Below are positions 37,638 through 47,762 of a DNA stretch of 64,000 nt, one piece after another. Made by a program: the position numbers and the translations under genes. The DNA is taken from positions 30,592-94,591 of the forward strand of contig JAHISQ010000034.1 of the NCBI GenBank assembly GCA_018818125.1. Reading direction: 5' to 3'. This stretch comes from Candidatus Rifleibacteriota bacterium (GTDB lineage Bacteria; Muiribacteriota; Ozemobacteria; Ozemobacterales; Ozemobacteraceae). Position 1 is the stretch's first letter; the number at the start of each line of letters is the position of its first letter. A model generated the notes under the pieces. That model worked only from the letters and a program-made list of their open reading frames with translations, did not search any database and was not told the DNA's origin.

Positions 37638-39359
37638 ATGCTTGACAAGCGTAGAGGCGTATTAATTGTCGCTTCTACGCTTGTTTTTACTTTTCTGGCG
37701 CTTTATCTGGGTTTCTGGGGACTCGATACTGCCAGCATGGAAAAGCTCTACCGTTCAAGCACCTGGTATTTTATTCTGCTCGCATTTTTGCTCTGGTTAC
37801 AAAAGCTAGCGACCCTGGCTCCTTCTCGCGAAGAACTGTGCAATATCAGCAAGCGACATTGGCCGGCAGCTGCTACCGCGTTGGCGCTGGTGGGACTGGC
37901 AATATCGGCTTCGCCCCCAGACTTTCGTATTCTGGCCGACGAAACAAACCTGCTTGGCATGTCGCAGGCACTTTACGAGGAGCACTCATGCCACAACATA
38001 ACGCAGGCACTCATTTACTATCATGGCATAAGGCGCACAATAAGCAGTGTCGTCGATACCCGCCCGGCTGTCTACCCATTTTTAACGGCGGCAACCCACT
38101 CGCTTACCGGTTACCGCCCCGAAAATGCTTTTGTAGTTAACGCTATCGCCGGTTTTTTGATTCTGCTGCTATGCTATCTGCTGATTCAGCATTGGTTCGG
38201 ACGCTTCTGGGGAATGAGCGCAATGCTGTTTCTGGCAGCCTTTCCATTATTCATTCTTTACATGACTTCGGCGGGCTTTGATACAGTTAATCTGTTGTTT
38301 GCACTATTGCTAATCGGTCTGAGCTGGGCGTTTATCAGGCAGCCACAAGCTGAAAAAGCCGAAATATTGTTTCTGACCCTGCCACTTCTGGCACAGACAC
38401 GATATGAGTCAGCCCTGACAGTATTCTGTGTCATACCTCTGGTGCTGTTTCGTCTGCCGCGCTCTGAATATGCCCGTCTGACCTGGCGCACGCCACTGAT
38501 ACCGTTTTTGTTTCTTCCTGCAGCCTGGCTGCGGGTGATTACCTATACACAAAAAGCTTTGCAGGTTGAAAAGATTGAGCAGGCTTTTGGCCTGGATCAC
38601 CTGTGGATCAATCTGCAACATGCTCTGCCGTTTTTTTGGGGCAGCGAAAAAGCTTTTGGTATGGTAACACCGATTGCTGTCGCTGCGCTCATTGGGTTGG
38701 TCTGGCTGATGGTAGATATGCTTCGTCGGCGCGATATCGACAAAAGTTGTTTTACTTTTGGCGTTTTTGTTGTGACATTTTTCATGCTGCATGCGCTGGC
38801 GCGCTTCGCCTTCTTCTGGGGGAATCTGAAGCTTCAATACACATCAAGGCTTGGTTTGATTTTTCTGCCACTACTGGTGTTTCTAGCTATTTATGCCATG
38901 CGGCAACTCACCCGGCATATCCATCTGGGTCGAAACTGGGTGCTGATCGGAGCCGTTCTGCTGATGATTCACGGCTGGCCTGTTGCCGGGCAGAATCTGG
39001 CAGTACGCGATATCTTCTATTATCGCGAGCTTAAGACAGCCAGAGAGTTTCTTCAGCAAAACTACCCAAACAAGAAAGATTACATTCTGGTTGCCGACCT
39101 GAGCAACCTCTATGTACCGTTCAATTACAGCACAGTAACTCCTTCATGGCTGGCAGTAAACGCCGACGAGACTGCTCGCAGTCTCAAAAAACGCACATGG
39201 CAGCGCCTGCTGGTTTTACAAAAAATCAATATTGCCACCAACCTCCCTGTGCATGGCTCAGAAGTACCTGCGCGCTTCACTCTCAACACACTGTATGAAT
39301 CGCAGCTCAACACAGATAAACTGCTCAGAATCTCCCTGTATGAGCCACCCGCACGCTGA
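37638..39359 (+). CDS. Polytopic membrane protein, GT-C fold glycosyltransferase-like (GT39/GT83, ArnT/PMT-like)
   Basis: More than ten TM helices. First-loop acidic motif FRILADETNLLGMS resembles the DE motif of GT-C enzymes. A C-terminal soluble domain is present. Motif-level only. Confidence 0.4.
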   Translation: MLDKRRGVLIVASTLVFTFLALYLGFWGLDTASMEKLYRSSTWYFILLAFLLWLQKLATLAPSREELCNISKRHWPAAATALALVGLAISASPPDFRILADETNLLGMSQALYEEHSCHNITQALIYYHGIRRTISSVVDTRPAVYPFLTAATHSLTGYRPENAFVVNAIAGFLILLLCYLLIQHWFGRFWGMSAMLFLAAFPLFILYMTSAGFDTVNLLFALLLIGLSWAFIRQPQAEKAEILFLTLPLLAQTRYESALTVFCVIPLVLFRLPRSEYARLTWRTPLIPFLFLPAAWLRVITYTQKALQVEKIEQAFGLDHLWINLQHALPFFWGSEKAFGMVTPIAVAALIGLVWLMVDMLRRRDIDKSCFTFGVFVVTFFMLHALARFAFFWGNLKLQYTSRLGLIFLPLLVFLAIYAMRQLTRHIHLGRNWVLIGAVLLMIHGWPVAGQNLAVRDIFYYRELKTAREFLQQNYPNKKDYILVADLSNLYVPFNYSTVTPSWLAVNADETARSLKKRTWQRLLVLQKINIATNLPVHGSEVPARFTLNTLYESQLNTDKLLRISLYEPPAR

Positions 39360-39411
39360 CAGAAATCGCAGAACTATTTATTGCCGAACTAAAACATTGA
39401 GGGAATTCGCA

Positions 39412-42400
39412 TTAAAGTTGGCAGTATTTAACAATACAGTCCTGCAGACTTTCGAGGCTGACCGGCTTGGCTAAATATTCAGTCATTCCCGCCAGCATGC
39501 CTTGCTCCCGATCTTCTTTCATAACGGCTGCCGATAAAGCAACGACTGGAAATTCACGCGAGATCTCCTCTCGTATTATCTTTACTGCTGTCAGGCCGTC
39601 CATTACCTGCATATGAATATCCATAAAACACATCGAATATGTTTTCTCCTTAAGCTTATCAATCGCCTCTCTTCCGTTGGCAACAAAGTCATGCTCACAA
39701 CCAAGCATCTGCATATATTCTTTCATCAGCTTCTGACTGCCCATATCATCTTCCGCGATCAAAACCCTGGGACCGTGGCAAGAATCCGCTTTAGTTGCAT
39801 TATGTGTAAACTCAGAGCCCATTTCGTGTTGGCCTCTCAATACTGCAGCTAACACTTTATAGAATACCCCTCGTGTATAGGGTTTAGCTATATAGGCACT
39901 GAAACCAAAATCATGAGCCTCCTGCGCTGTTTCGATCCGATCGTCAGCAGTGACTATTATCATTTTGATGCGTCTAATTTCTTTGATGTGTTCTTGCATC
40001 TGGTTGCAGCACGTTCCAGGCATTATCATGCCGCAAAGGATTAAATCTGGGGCTTGGTTTCTACTGCACATCTGCTCAACAGCTTCAGCGGCTAGCGGGC
40101 AGCTCTCGGACACACCTGCAACAACCATGCCGGCGCCTTCACAATAATATTGCAGAATCTCTCGGCTAATCTTCTGATTTTCAACTATCACAACTTTTTT
40201 GCCCTCTAGTTCAGGAAATAATCCAAAATATGTCTTCGACATATTCTCCTGATCACCAAGCTTGAGCTTGAGGGTAAAAACAAAATCACTGCCCTTCCCC
40301 ACTTCGGACTCAACCCAGATATTTCCATCATATGCATTCACAATTGCTTTGCAAATTGACAAGCCAAGCCCGGTTCCGCCATATTTTCTGGTGATAGATT
40401 CATCGACCTGATTAAACGGCTGAAAGATTCTTTGCCTTTTGTCCTGTGGTATACCGATTCCGGTGTCAACAACATGAACACGCAAGGAGACAAAGCCGTC
40501 AGTCTGCTCTTGTTTGTCGGTTGAAATCCTGATTCCAATCGAACCGCTGCTGGTGAATTTGCTGGCATTGTTCAAAAGATTTACCAACACCTGCTGCAAC
40601 CTGGTAGGATCGCCATTAAGACTCCCCGGAACATCGTGCTCGATTTTGATATAAGCCTCAATAGATTTGCCTTCTATTTTAGGAAGGCAGATTTTTAAAG
40701 CATCATTGCAAAGAGAATCGAGATTAAAATCAATCGACTCCAGCACAAAGTGCCCTGATTCAAGCTTGGAAACATCAAGAATATCATTGATGATCTCCAG
40801 CAGCAATTTGCCGCTGGACTGAACAATATTTAAATAGTCTGCCTGCTTTTCGTTTAATTCAGTTCGCGCCAGAAGAGAAGAGAATCCGAGTATCGCGTTC
40901 ATGGGCGTACGAATTTCATGAGACATATTCGCCAGAAAATGACTTTTCGCACGAGTAGCCGCTTCAGCATCATTCTTAGCCTTGAGCAGTGTCATCTCTG
41001 CCTGTTTGCGATCAGTAATATCAACAAAGCTGGCAATTGATGCCAGAATCCGCCCCTGATCGTCAGCAACAGGTGAACCGAACACCTCAAGAAGTCTTTG
41101 GGTGCCATCAGGGTGCTCAATCAGCATATCATCAATAGACGACCTCTCGCCTTTCATACCAAGAACAATAGGGTTCTCTTCGAGAGGATAAGGTTCGAGA
41201 CTGTTCAATTTGTGCGCATCGTTGAGTTTGAATAGGCTGTCAAGGGGCGCATTAAGAGGCATCCTTTTGCCAAGAATGCGAAAAGCCTTTTCATTCGATA
41301 CTTGCAGTTTGCCAGAAGGTGCTTCTACCATAAAAATACCAACCGGTATATTATTCAGAAGCGCGGTAAAAAGCGCGTTTTGTCGTTTGAGAGCTTCTTT
41401 GTTTCTCTCCAATTCTTCTTCTGCTTGTTTGCGTTGGGTGATATCAAAATTGCTACCGCGATAACCTTGCAGGTTTCCTTGTTTATCAATGATTGGGAAT
41501 CCATTTATTAACAGCCAGACAGATCTGCCGTCCTTAGATAAAGCTATTTGCTCCATGTTGCAGACGTGTTGTTTTTGTGAAAAAACATCAAAAACCAACT
41601 GTTTGATAAGTTCGCGATATTCTTCAGAAACATAATCATAAAGATAGCTTTTTCCAACTATTTCTTCGGGCTCATATCCGAGAGTTTCTTTAACCGACTG
41701 GCTGATGTAGGTATACATACCAGTCGCATCCACTTCCCAAACAACCTCTTTAGAATGTACCGAAACTTGCTCAAAACGATTTTTGAGTTTTGTCAGCTGT
41801 TCTTCGGCTTCATGTCTCCCGGAAATTTCTCGCTCAAGCGGGAGATAGACCGACAAACCAAAAATGAAGCCCACAAAAAGGAGTGCCCAGATAAAATATT
41901 TCAGCGCACGCCTCCCAAACATCGATATCTCACGTGGTATTGCTACTTTCAAGATCAAATGATGTTTTTCAGCCACATTTCTCAGAAAGCTGTATCCGCA
42001 AATTGTATCATCGTCAGGGGTCTCAACAAATTCGTCTCCCTGAAAAAGCGCTTCCTGTGCTTCGCTAAAGCCTTTCGGCAGGAAAGGATCATCTACCCGA
42101 TATATTTCTAACTCCGCCTTTACAATGTCACCTAGATCTTTCAACTCTGCAGTGTTGAGATACCTCGCAAAAACCACCGTTCCGCGAACAGGACCTGTAC
42201 CATCGCTTTTTACGATCGGCCTTGAAGCAAGCATCATCGGGCCGGTTGGGAGTATAACGATCCCTTTTGCAGAGCTTCTCGTATCTGCATGGGTTAGAAA
42301 CCTGCCTTCCTTGGTTAAATGCTGATCCAATCCATTCGGAAGCAGAAATTTCTCATTTTTACCAGGATTAATACCTTTGGAATGTATTGTATATACAAAT

Positions 42401-42735
42401 TCGCCGCGCGAATCTATGAAAATTATCGCATTGATTCCTAATGTCTCAAGCGTAATGCTGTTTATGTTTGATTTGAGAAATGCTTCATTCTTATCGTCAA
42501 TATAAGCATATAAATCATCCCATACCGACCAGTCTGAAGTCGCAACAACAAGCTGGTTAAGCCTGCTCTCGATAACGTCCTGCGCGCTTGCGATGTTTTT
42601 TTGAAGAAATTTACGCTCAAGTTCGGTGAACTCGGTCATAACCGTAATCCGCGAGATAAACACTATTGCAGCAACAAGAATGGAAACACTGCTGACGATC
42701 CAAAAAATAGTGGCTCTACTGGTGCGTATATGCAC
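39412..42735 (-). CDS. Hybrid sensor histidine kinase: TM sensor, PAS domains, HisKA, HATPase_c and two receiver domains
   Basis: H-box LANMSHEIRTPMNAILGFSSLL. N, G1 and G2 boxes (LLNNASKFT, DTGIGI, GGTGLGLSI). Two REC domains with conserved Asp (VLIAEDD...FMDIHMQVMDG, and an earlier one at MIMPGT). Confidence 0.9.
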   Translation of the reverse strand: MHIRTSRATIFWIVSSVSILVAAIVFISRITVMTEFTELERKFLQKNIASAQDVIESRLNQLVVATSDWSVWDDLYAYIDDKNEAFLKSNINSITLETLGINAIIFIDSRGEFVYTIHSKGINPGKNEKFLLPNGLDQHLTKEGRFLTHADTRSSAKGIVILPTGPMMLASRPIVKSDGTGPVRGTVVFARYLNTAELKDLGDIVKAELEIYRVDDPFLPKGFSEAQEALFQGDEFVETPDDDTICGYSFLRNVAEKHHLILKVAIPREISMFGRRALKYFIWALLFVGFIFGLSVYLPLEREISGRHEAEEQLTKLKNRFEQVSVHSKEVVWEVDATGMYTYISQSVKETLGYEPEEIVGKSYLYDYVSEEYRELIKQLVFDVFSQKQHVCNMEQIALSKDGRSVWLLINGFPIIDKQGNLQGYRGSNFDITQRKQAEEELERNKEALKRQNALFTALLNNIPVGIFMVEAPSGKLQVSNEKAFRILGKRMPLNAPLDSLFKLNDAHKLNSLEPYPLEENPIVLGMKGERSSIDDMLIEHPDGTQRLLEVFGSPVADDQGRILASIASFVDITDRKQAEMTLLKAKNDAEAATRAKSHFLANMSHEIRTPMNAILGFSSLLARTELNEKQADYLNIVQSSGKLLLEIINDILDVSKLESGHFVLESIDFNLDSLCNDALKICLPKIEGKSIEAYIKIEHDVPGSLNGDPTRLQQVLVNLLNNASKFTSSGSIGIRISTDKQEQTDGFVSLRVHVVDTGIGIPQDKRQRIFQPFNQVDESITRKYGGTGLGLSICKAIVNAYDGNIWVESEVGKGSDFVFTLKLKLGDQENMSKTYFGLFPELEGKKVVIVENQKISREILQYYCEGAGMVVAGVSESCPLAAEAVEQMCSRNQAPDLILCGMIMPGTCCNQMQEHIKEIRRIKMIIVTADDRIETAQEAHDFGFSAYIAKPYTRGVFYKVLAAVLRGQHEMGSEFTHNATKADSCHGPRVLIAEDDMGSQKLMKEYMQMLGCEHDFVANGREAIDKLKEKTYSMCFMDIHMQVMDGLTAVKIIREEISREFPVVALSAAVMKEDREQGMLAGMTEYLAKPVSLESLQDCIVKYCQL

Positions 42736-43149
42736 GTCTGGAATGCTCCCTGTTGTTAAAAGTGCATGTATGTGGCTATTATCAGACCGTATCAGAATCT
42801 CATCTGAGTATCACAATCTGTCATTCTAAGCCATTTTAGCCTTGATGCCAAGAGTGAATGTTCGTTTCACTAAAATTTATGAAGCCTCCCGAGACTATTT
42901 TACCCACATAAAACAGACAGCGAGGCAATAATTCGGCATGGTAACACCGTTTTCGTCCACATCTTAGAACGAAGCTTTTAAATTTTCTTTGAAGCTACGC
43001 AAATTACTCACAATTTCCACCCCGTTGCTTTGAGACTATCAAATTTGTTTGTTGTCATATAAATGGTTCTGTGTTATTCTGCGGGGTACGTCCCTGCTTC
43101 TGCCCGAAAGTGGCAGAGGCTGTAATTTATCCGAAGGGAGGTTTTCTAG

Positions 43150-43436
43150 TGAAACCTTACGAAACTTTGTTCTTCACCGAACCCGGCATTGAAGACACCG
43201 CCCTTGACACCCTCATCGGCAAAGTCGAAACTGCAATCACCAAAAATGGTGGACAGATCGAAAAGATCGACAAATGGGGCAAAAGACCCCTGGCTTACCC
43301 AGTTGAAAAGCACACCGAGGGCAATTATGTTCTGGTTAATTTTCAGTCTACTGGCGAAGCACTCAAGGAACTTGAAAGAACTTATCTGATCAACCAGACC
43401 ATTCTTCGCTTCATGACTACCGTTCGCGGTCAGTGA
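43150..43436 (+). CDS. rpsF: 30S ribosomal protein S6
   Basis: GTG start with a GGGAGG ribosome-binding site. MKPYETLFFTEP...KWGKRPLAYP is collinear with S6. The ORF is open from 43071. Confidence 0.9.
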
Positions 43437-43442
43437 TTTAGT

Positions 43443-43871
43443 ATGGCTGGCAATCTCAACAAGGTCTTTCTCATGGGTAATCTGACCCGCGATCCAGAAC
43501 TCAGACATACGGCGCAGGGAACCTCTGTCGCCAACTTCAGCATTGCCGTTAACCGCTCATACAAGGGCAGCGATGGCGATTTCAAGAAGGAAGTAAGCTA
43601 TTTCAATATAGTTGTCTGGGGCAAGACCGGCGAAAATTGCGCCAAATACCTTGCAAAAGGCCGTGCAGTTCTCGTTGAAGGCCGCATGGCCAATCGTAGT
43701 TATGAGACCCAGGATGGTCAGAAGCGCACTATCACCGAAATAGTTGCCGACAATGTGCAATTCTTAGGCGGTCGTGGAGACAGCCAGGAAGAAGCCGGCG
43801 AGGCAAGCGGCGGTGGTGATTTCAGCGGTTCTTACGCTGAAAACAATGACGACGACGCAGTTCCGTTCTAG
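43443..43871 (+). CDS. ssb: Single-stranded DNA-binding protein
   Basis: OB-fold motifs LNKVFLMGNLTRDPELR and VVWGK. Gly-rich linker and acidic C-terminal tip DDDAVPF. Confidence 0.9.
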   Translation: MAGNLNKVFLMGNLTRDPELRHTAQGTSVANFSIAVNRSYKGSDGDFKKEVSYFNIVVWGKTGENCAKYLAKGRAVLVEGRMANRSYETQDGQKRTITEIVADNVQFLGGRGDSQEEAGEASGGGDFSGSYAENNDDDAVPF

Positions 43872-43922
43872 ATCCCAAAGGCGATCTGAACTACTTTTTT
43901 AAAAATTATTCGGAGGAATAAA

Positions 43923-44150
43923 ATGGCTGAATTTAAAAGACACAGACACAGAAAAGTCTGTCATTTCTGCAAAGATAAAGTTACTTACATTGATTACAAA
44001 GATGTATCCCGCCTGAGAAGATATATCAATGACCGAGGCAAAATCACCAGTCGCAGATCAACCGGCACCTGCACCGCGCATCAGAAGCACCTTACCACTG
44101 CTATCAAGCGCGCGCGCAACATAGCGTTGCTGCCGTTCTCCAACGTCTGA
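43923..44150 (+). CDS. rpsR: 30S ribosomal protein S18
   Basis: [15 protein letters not shown]...RYINDRGKI...[24 protein letters not shown] is collinear with S18. Confidence 0.9.
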   Translation: MAEFKRHRHRKVCHFCKDKVTYIDYKDVSRLRRYINDRGKITSRRSTGTCTAHQKHLTTAIKRARNIALLPFSNV

Positions 44151-44192
44151 TCCGGCATTTTCCGATCCTGTTAAGCAACAAAAACCAGCACA

Positions 44193-45197
44193 ATGACTAA
44201 TTTTACCGGCACACGAACATTCGGAATGGCTGTCATGGTTTTAATCACCACGGCAGGGCTTTTTGCCGCAATCCAGTTGCCGTTATTCGGGGCCTTTATG
44301 TTGTCGCTGGCTGGTATTCCGGCGTTTATGATACTTCTGGCCTGGGGTGGCCTGTGGTTTCTTGGCTATTCAGCCCTGACCCTCACCCTGACCGGCATTC
44401 TCGCAAGCCCGGCAGCTGCACTGACACTGGTTCCGCTGATTTTTATGCCGGCAATAATGCTTTCGGCAACTGTGCGTCTGGGATTTGATCCTCTTCGCGC
44501 CATCAGCTTGACACTGTTGTCGGCGACCGTCTTCTCTGTGGGCTTATGGGGCTTGGCTAACGGCTTTGCAAGTGACAGTCAGCCCCTGTTGCTGGTTCGC
44601 GAAAAGTTCACACAACAGATAGCAGTATTCGAAGAACAGCTTGACAAGATCCAGGAAAAAGGCGCTGAGTCATCAGAAGCAATCGACATCGCCCGTGAAA
44701 ATCTTAAGGCGGTATACGATTACACGCTGCTTTTGATTCCTGCTACCCTTCTGTTTGTCTGGCACCTGATCACGCTCGCCGTATTCTACGGTGCGGCGCA
44801 GAAATTTGCCGGGCAGATGGGGTTTGCGGTAGTGCCGCTGCCGCCATTTTCTCAATGGCGCTTTGACTGGAAACTTGTCTGGCTATTTATCGGAGGCTGG
44901 TTACTCTACAACGTTACCGGAAGTGCAGAAAGCATAACTGTAAGCACTCTGGCTATCAGAGTAGGCGCAAACTGCCTGGCGATCAGCAGTATCATTTATT
45001 TTATCGCCGGACTGTCGCTGTTGTTTTTCATGTTCGACAAATACAAGATCGGTTCATTTGCCCGAGTTGGGTTCTCTTGTCTCGCGCTCGTGTTTACGCA
45101 GGCTGTTGTCTGGTTTGGCATCATTGATGTCTGGGTCGACTTCAGAACTCCGAAACCCGCGCTGTTTTCATCGAGCGATTCCGATGAAGACTTTTAA
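44193..45197 (+). CDS. Polytopic membrane protein, DUF2232/YybS-like, assigned by synteny
   Basis: Eight or more TM helices. It occupies the position held by yybS in the Firmicutes rpsR-yybS-gdpP-rplI-dnaB arrangement. No gdpP-like gene is present here. Confidence 0.5.
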   Translation: MTNFTGTRTFGMAVMVLITTAGLFAAIQLPLFGAFMLSLAGIPAFMILLAWGGLWFLGYSALTLTLTGILASPAAALTLVPLIFMPAIMLSATVRLGFDPLRAISLTLLSATVFSVGLWGLANGFASDSQPLLLVREKFTQQIAVFEEQLDKIQEKGAESSEAIDIARENLKAVYDYTLLLIPATLLFVWHLITLAVFYGAAQKFAGQMGFAVVPLPPFSQWRFDWKLVWLFIGGWLLYNVTGSAESITVSTLAIRVGANCLAISSIIYFIAGLSLLFFMFDKYKIGSFARVGFSCLALVFTQAVVWFGIIDVWVDFRTPKPALFSSSDSDEDF

Positions 45198-45225
45198 TCA
45201 TTGATAATTAACCAGGAGGAAGATA

Positions 45226-45681
45226 ATGGAAGTCCTAATGATCAATAACGTCCCCCGGGTAGGAGTAAAAGGCGAATTGAAAAATGTCGCCGAGGGCTTT
45301 GCCCGCAATTTCCTGTTCCCGAGACATTTCGCTATTCCAGCTACCGAAGGTGCCAAAAAGCATCTGAAACTCATGAAAACCTCATGGGAAAAGCAGGCAA
45401 TGCGCGAAAAACAGGCATATCTCGATATGGCTGGCAAAATCGAGGGCCTCGTGCTCAAGATCACCCGCAAATCAGGTGATAAGGGTCGTCTGTTTGGTTC
45501 GGTCACCAGTGCTGAGCTTGCAAGCGAAATCAGCAAAGCAGCCAAGGTCGATATCGACAAGAAACTGGTTGTAGCTGACCATATCAAAGAACTTGGCGAA
45601 CATTCAGTAACCATCAGATTCACCGGTGAAGTTAAAGCCCACCTGAAAGTGGTTATTGTCGCCGAAGAAAAGAAGGAATAA
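45226..45681 (+). CDS. rplI: 50S ribosomal protein L9
   Basis: AGGAGG ribosome-binding site. VPRVGVKGELKNVAEGFARNFLFPRHFAIPAT is collinear with the L9 N-domain. Confidence 0.85.
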   Translation: MEVLMINNVPRVGVKGELKNVAEGFARNFLFPRHFAIPATEGAKKHLKLMKTSWEKQAMREKQAYLDMAGKIEGLVLKITRKSGDKGRLFGSVTSAELASEISKAAKVDIDKKLVVADHIKELGEHSVTIRFTGEVKAHLKVVIVAEEKKE

Positions 45682-45706
45682 TCAGCGCTCAGCTGTCGAA
45701 ATACTG

Positions 45707-45742
45707 AAGGGGGCTGTGAATCCGTTCACCGCCCCCTTTTCT
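45707..45742 (+). terminator. Rho-independent terminator after rplI
   Basis: GGGGGCTGTGAA-TCCG-TTCACCGCCCCC stem-loop followed by TTTT. Confidence 0.65.
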
Positions 45743-45800
45743 ATCGCCAGGCACCGTCGCAGCATACAAAGAACTTGTCTCAACAGGCTTTGGAGGGTTT

Positions 45801-47147
45801 ATGACAGAGGGTTTTCACAAGGTCCCACCGCACAGTCTCGACGCTGAACAGAGCGTGTTAGGCTCAATGATGCTCAGCGAAGATGCGGTTGTAATCGCCA
45901 TGGAAATCATCGAAGCGGTCGATTTTTACCAGTCTACGCATCGCCACATTTTTCAGGCGCTTGTCGATCTGTATGCCGCTCAGCGTCCCTGTGACCTGAT
46001 CACCCTACAGGAAGCTCTCAAAACCAAGGATCGTCTTGCCGAAGTTGGCGGCGTAAGCTACTTGTCGCAGTTGCTCAACGTTGTGCCCACCTCGCGCAAT
46101 GCCGAGCATTACGCCAAAATTGTCAAAGAGAAGTCGATGCTGCGCCGTCTTATTCTTCTCTCCGGCGAGATCTCGACAGATGCCTACGACCCGCAGGCGC
46201 AGGCCGAGTTGCTCATTGACCAGGCAGAACAAAGGGTTCTGCAGCTCAGCCAGTTCAAGCAGACAAGCCCATATAAGCATGTTAAAGATCTGGTTCGCCC
46301 AACTTTCAGCTATCTCGAAAGCCTCTACGAAAACAAGCAGGCGGTCACAGGTATTCCAAGCGGCTTTACCCGCCTCGACGAATACACCGCCGGCTTTCAG
46401 AATTCTGATCTGATAATTGTTGCCGCCCGACCATCAATGGGCAAGACCGCGTTTTGTCTCAACGTCGCCCAGTATGCCGCCTATCACACCCAGAAACCGG
46501 TCATGCTGTTTTCGCTTGAAATGTCGCACACCCAGCTGGTCACCCGCCTGCTCTGTTCGGAAGCACGCATTGATGGTCAAAAAGTACGCCGCGGTTTTCT
46601 TGGCGACGAAGACTGGATGAAACTGACAATAACTGCCGGTAGAATTGAAGAAACACCGTTGCTTATCGACGACACCGCCAACGCCAGTCTGCAAGATATT
46701 CGCGGCAAGGCTCGACGCGCCTTTGCGCAGGATAAAATTGGCATGATCATTATCGACTATCTGCAGCTGATATCATCTGGCACTGAAAAAACCGAGAATC
46801 GCCAACAGGAAGTCTCGGCAATCTCACGTAGTCTCAAAGGTCTCGCGCGCGAACTGAATGTTCCGGTTATGTGCCTTTCGCAGTTGTCACGCGCGGTTGA
46901 ATCACGAACCGACAAACGCCCGATGCTGTCTGATCTGCGCGAATCTGGCGCAATAGAGCAGGATGCTGATGTTGTAATGTTTTTGTATCGCGACGAATAT
47001 TATACCAAACGTGAAGAGAGCAGGGGCAAGGGTGAAGTAATTATCGCCAAACAGCGCAACGGCCCGGTTGGCAGCATTGAACTGGCTTTCAGCGCGAATT
47101 TTGCCAGGTTTGACAATCTCGAAACAAGATACACCGAGGATTCCTGA
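45801..47147 (+). CDS. dnaB: Replicative DNA helicase DnaB
   Basis: N-terminal PPHSLDAEQSVLG. Walker A ARPSMGKTAFCLN. Walker B and RecA-like motifs (IIDYLQL, SQLSRAVE). Confidence 0.9.
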   Translation: MTEGFHKVPPHSLDAEQSVLGSMMLSEDAVVIAMEIIEAVDFYQSTHRHIFQALVDLYAAQRPCDLITLQEALKTKDRLAEVGGVSYLSQLLNVVPTSRNAEHYAKIVKEKSMLRRLILLSGEISTDAYDPQAQAELLIDQAEQRVLQLSQFKQTSPYKHVKDLVRPTFSYLESLYENKQAVTGIPSGFTRLDEYTAGFQNSDLIIVAARPSMGKTAFCLNVAQYAAYHTQKPVMLFSLEMSHTQLVTRLLCSEARIDGQKVRRGFLGDEDWMKLTITAGRIEETPLLIDDTANASLQDIRGKARRAFAQDKIGMIIIDYLQLISSGTEKTENRQQEVSAISRSLKGLARELNVPVMCLSQLSRAVESRTDKRPMLSDLRESGAIEQDADVVMFLYRDEYYTKREESRGKGEVIIAKQRNGPVGSIELAFSANFARFDNLETRYTEDS

Positions 47148-47165
47148 GGAGCGCTGCTTAATCTG

Positions 47166-47762
47166 ATGGATTACCTTATTTCGCTCGACCACAGCCTGTT
47201 TTCTCTACTCAATGGCAGCCTGACCAACGCCTTTCTTGATTGGTTCATGCCCTTTATCACCGATGCAAAAAACTGGGCGCCGATTCTGGCAATCGCCTGG
47301 ATTGCCCTGATTTTTTCCGGCCGCCCAAAAATGCGAGTTCTGGCCTTGGCCCTGCTTGTATCTGTCGGGTTTACCGATGTAATCTGCGCCAGGGTCTTTA
47401 AAAAGGCAGTTGGCCGATTCAGACCCTGCGAGCTGGCGCAAAAAACCGATTTAAAATGCCGTCTGCTACTGCCAATGAAAACCAGCAAATCGTTCCCCTC
47501 GAACCACGCTGCCAATACTGCAGCCTTTGCGACAGCAGTAATTGCGATGTATGGCATCTCGGCCGGCTGGCCCTTTGTCATCATAGCTTTTCTAATAGGA
47601 TATTCTCGCGTTTACGTTGGCGTGCACTTTCCGATTGATGTGGCCGCAGGTTGGCTGTTTGGCTCATTGATTGCCCTGACCGTCTGCAGGATTATCAAAA
47701 AAAAGTGGGCTACGCCAGACGCGGCCGAAGTTGAACGCCCTGCGCCGCCAGTTCCTCAGTAA
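47166..47762 (+). CDS. PAP2-family phosphatase (for example an undecaprenyl-diphosphate / phosphatidylglycerophosphate phosphatase type)
   Basis: PAP2 motifs KAVGRFRP, PSNH and SRVYVGVHFPIDV. It overlaps the convergent lpxK 3' end by 52 bp. Confidence 0.7.
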   Translation: MDYLISLDHSLFSLLNGSLTNAFLDWFMPFITDAKNWAPILAIAWIALIFSGRPKMRVLALALLVSVGFTDVICARVFKKAVGRFRPCELAQKTDLKCRLLLPMKTSKSFPSNHAANTAAFATAVIAMYGISAGWPFVIIAFLIGYSRVYVGVHFPIDVAAGWLFGSLIALTVCRIIKKKWATPDAAEVERPAPPVPQ

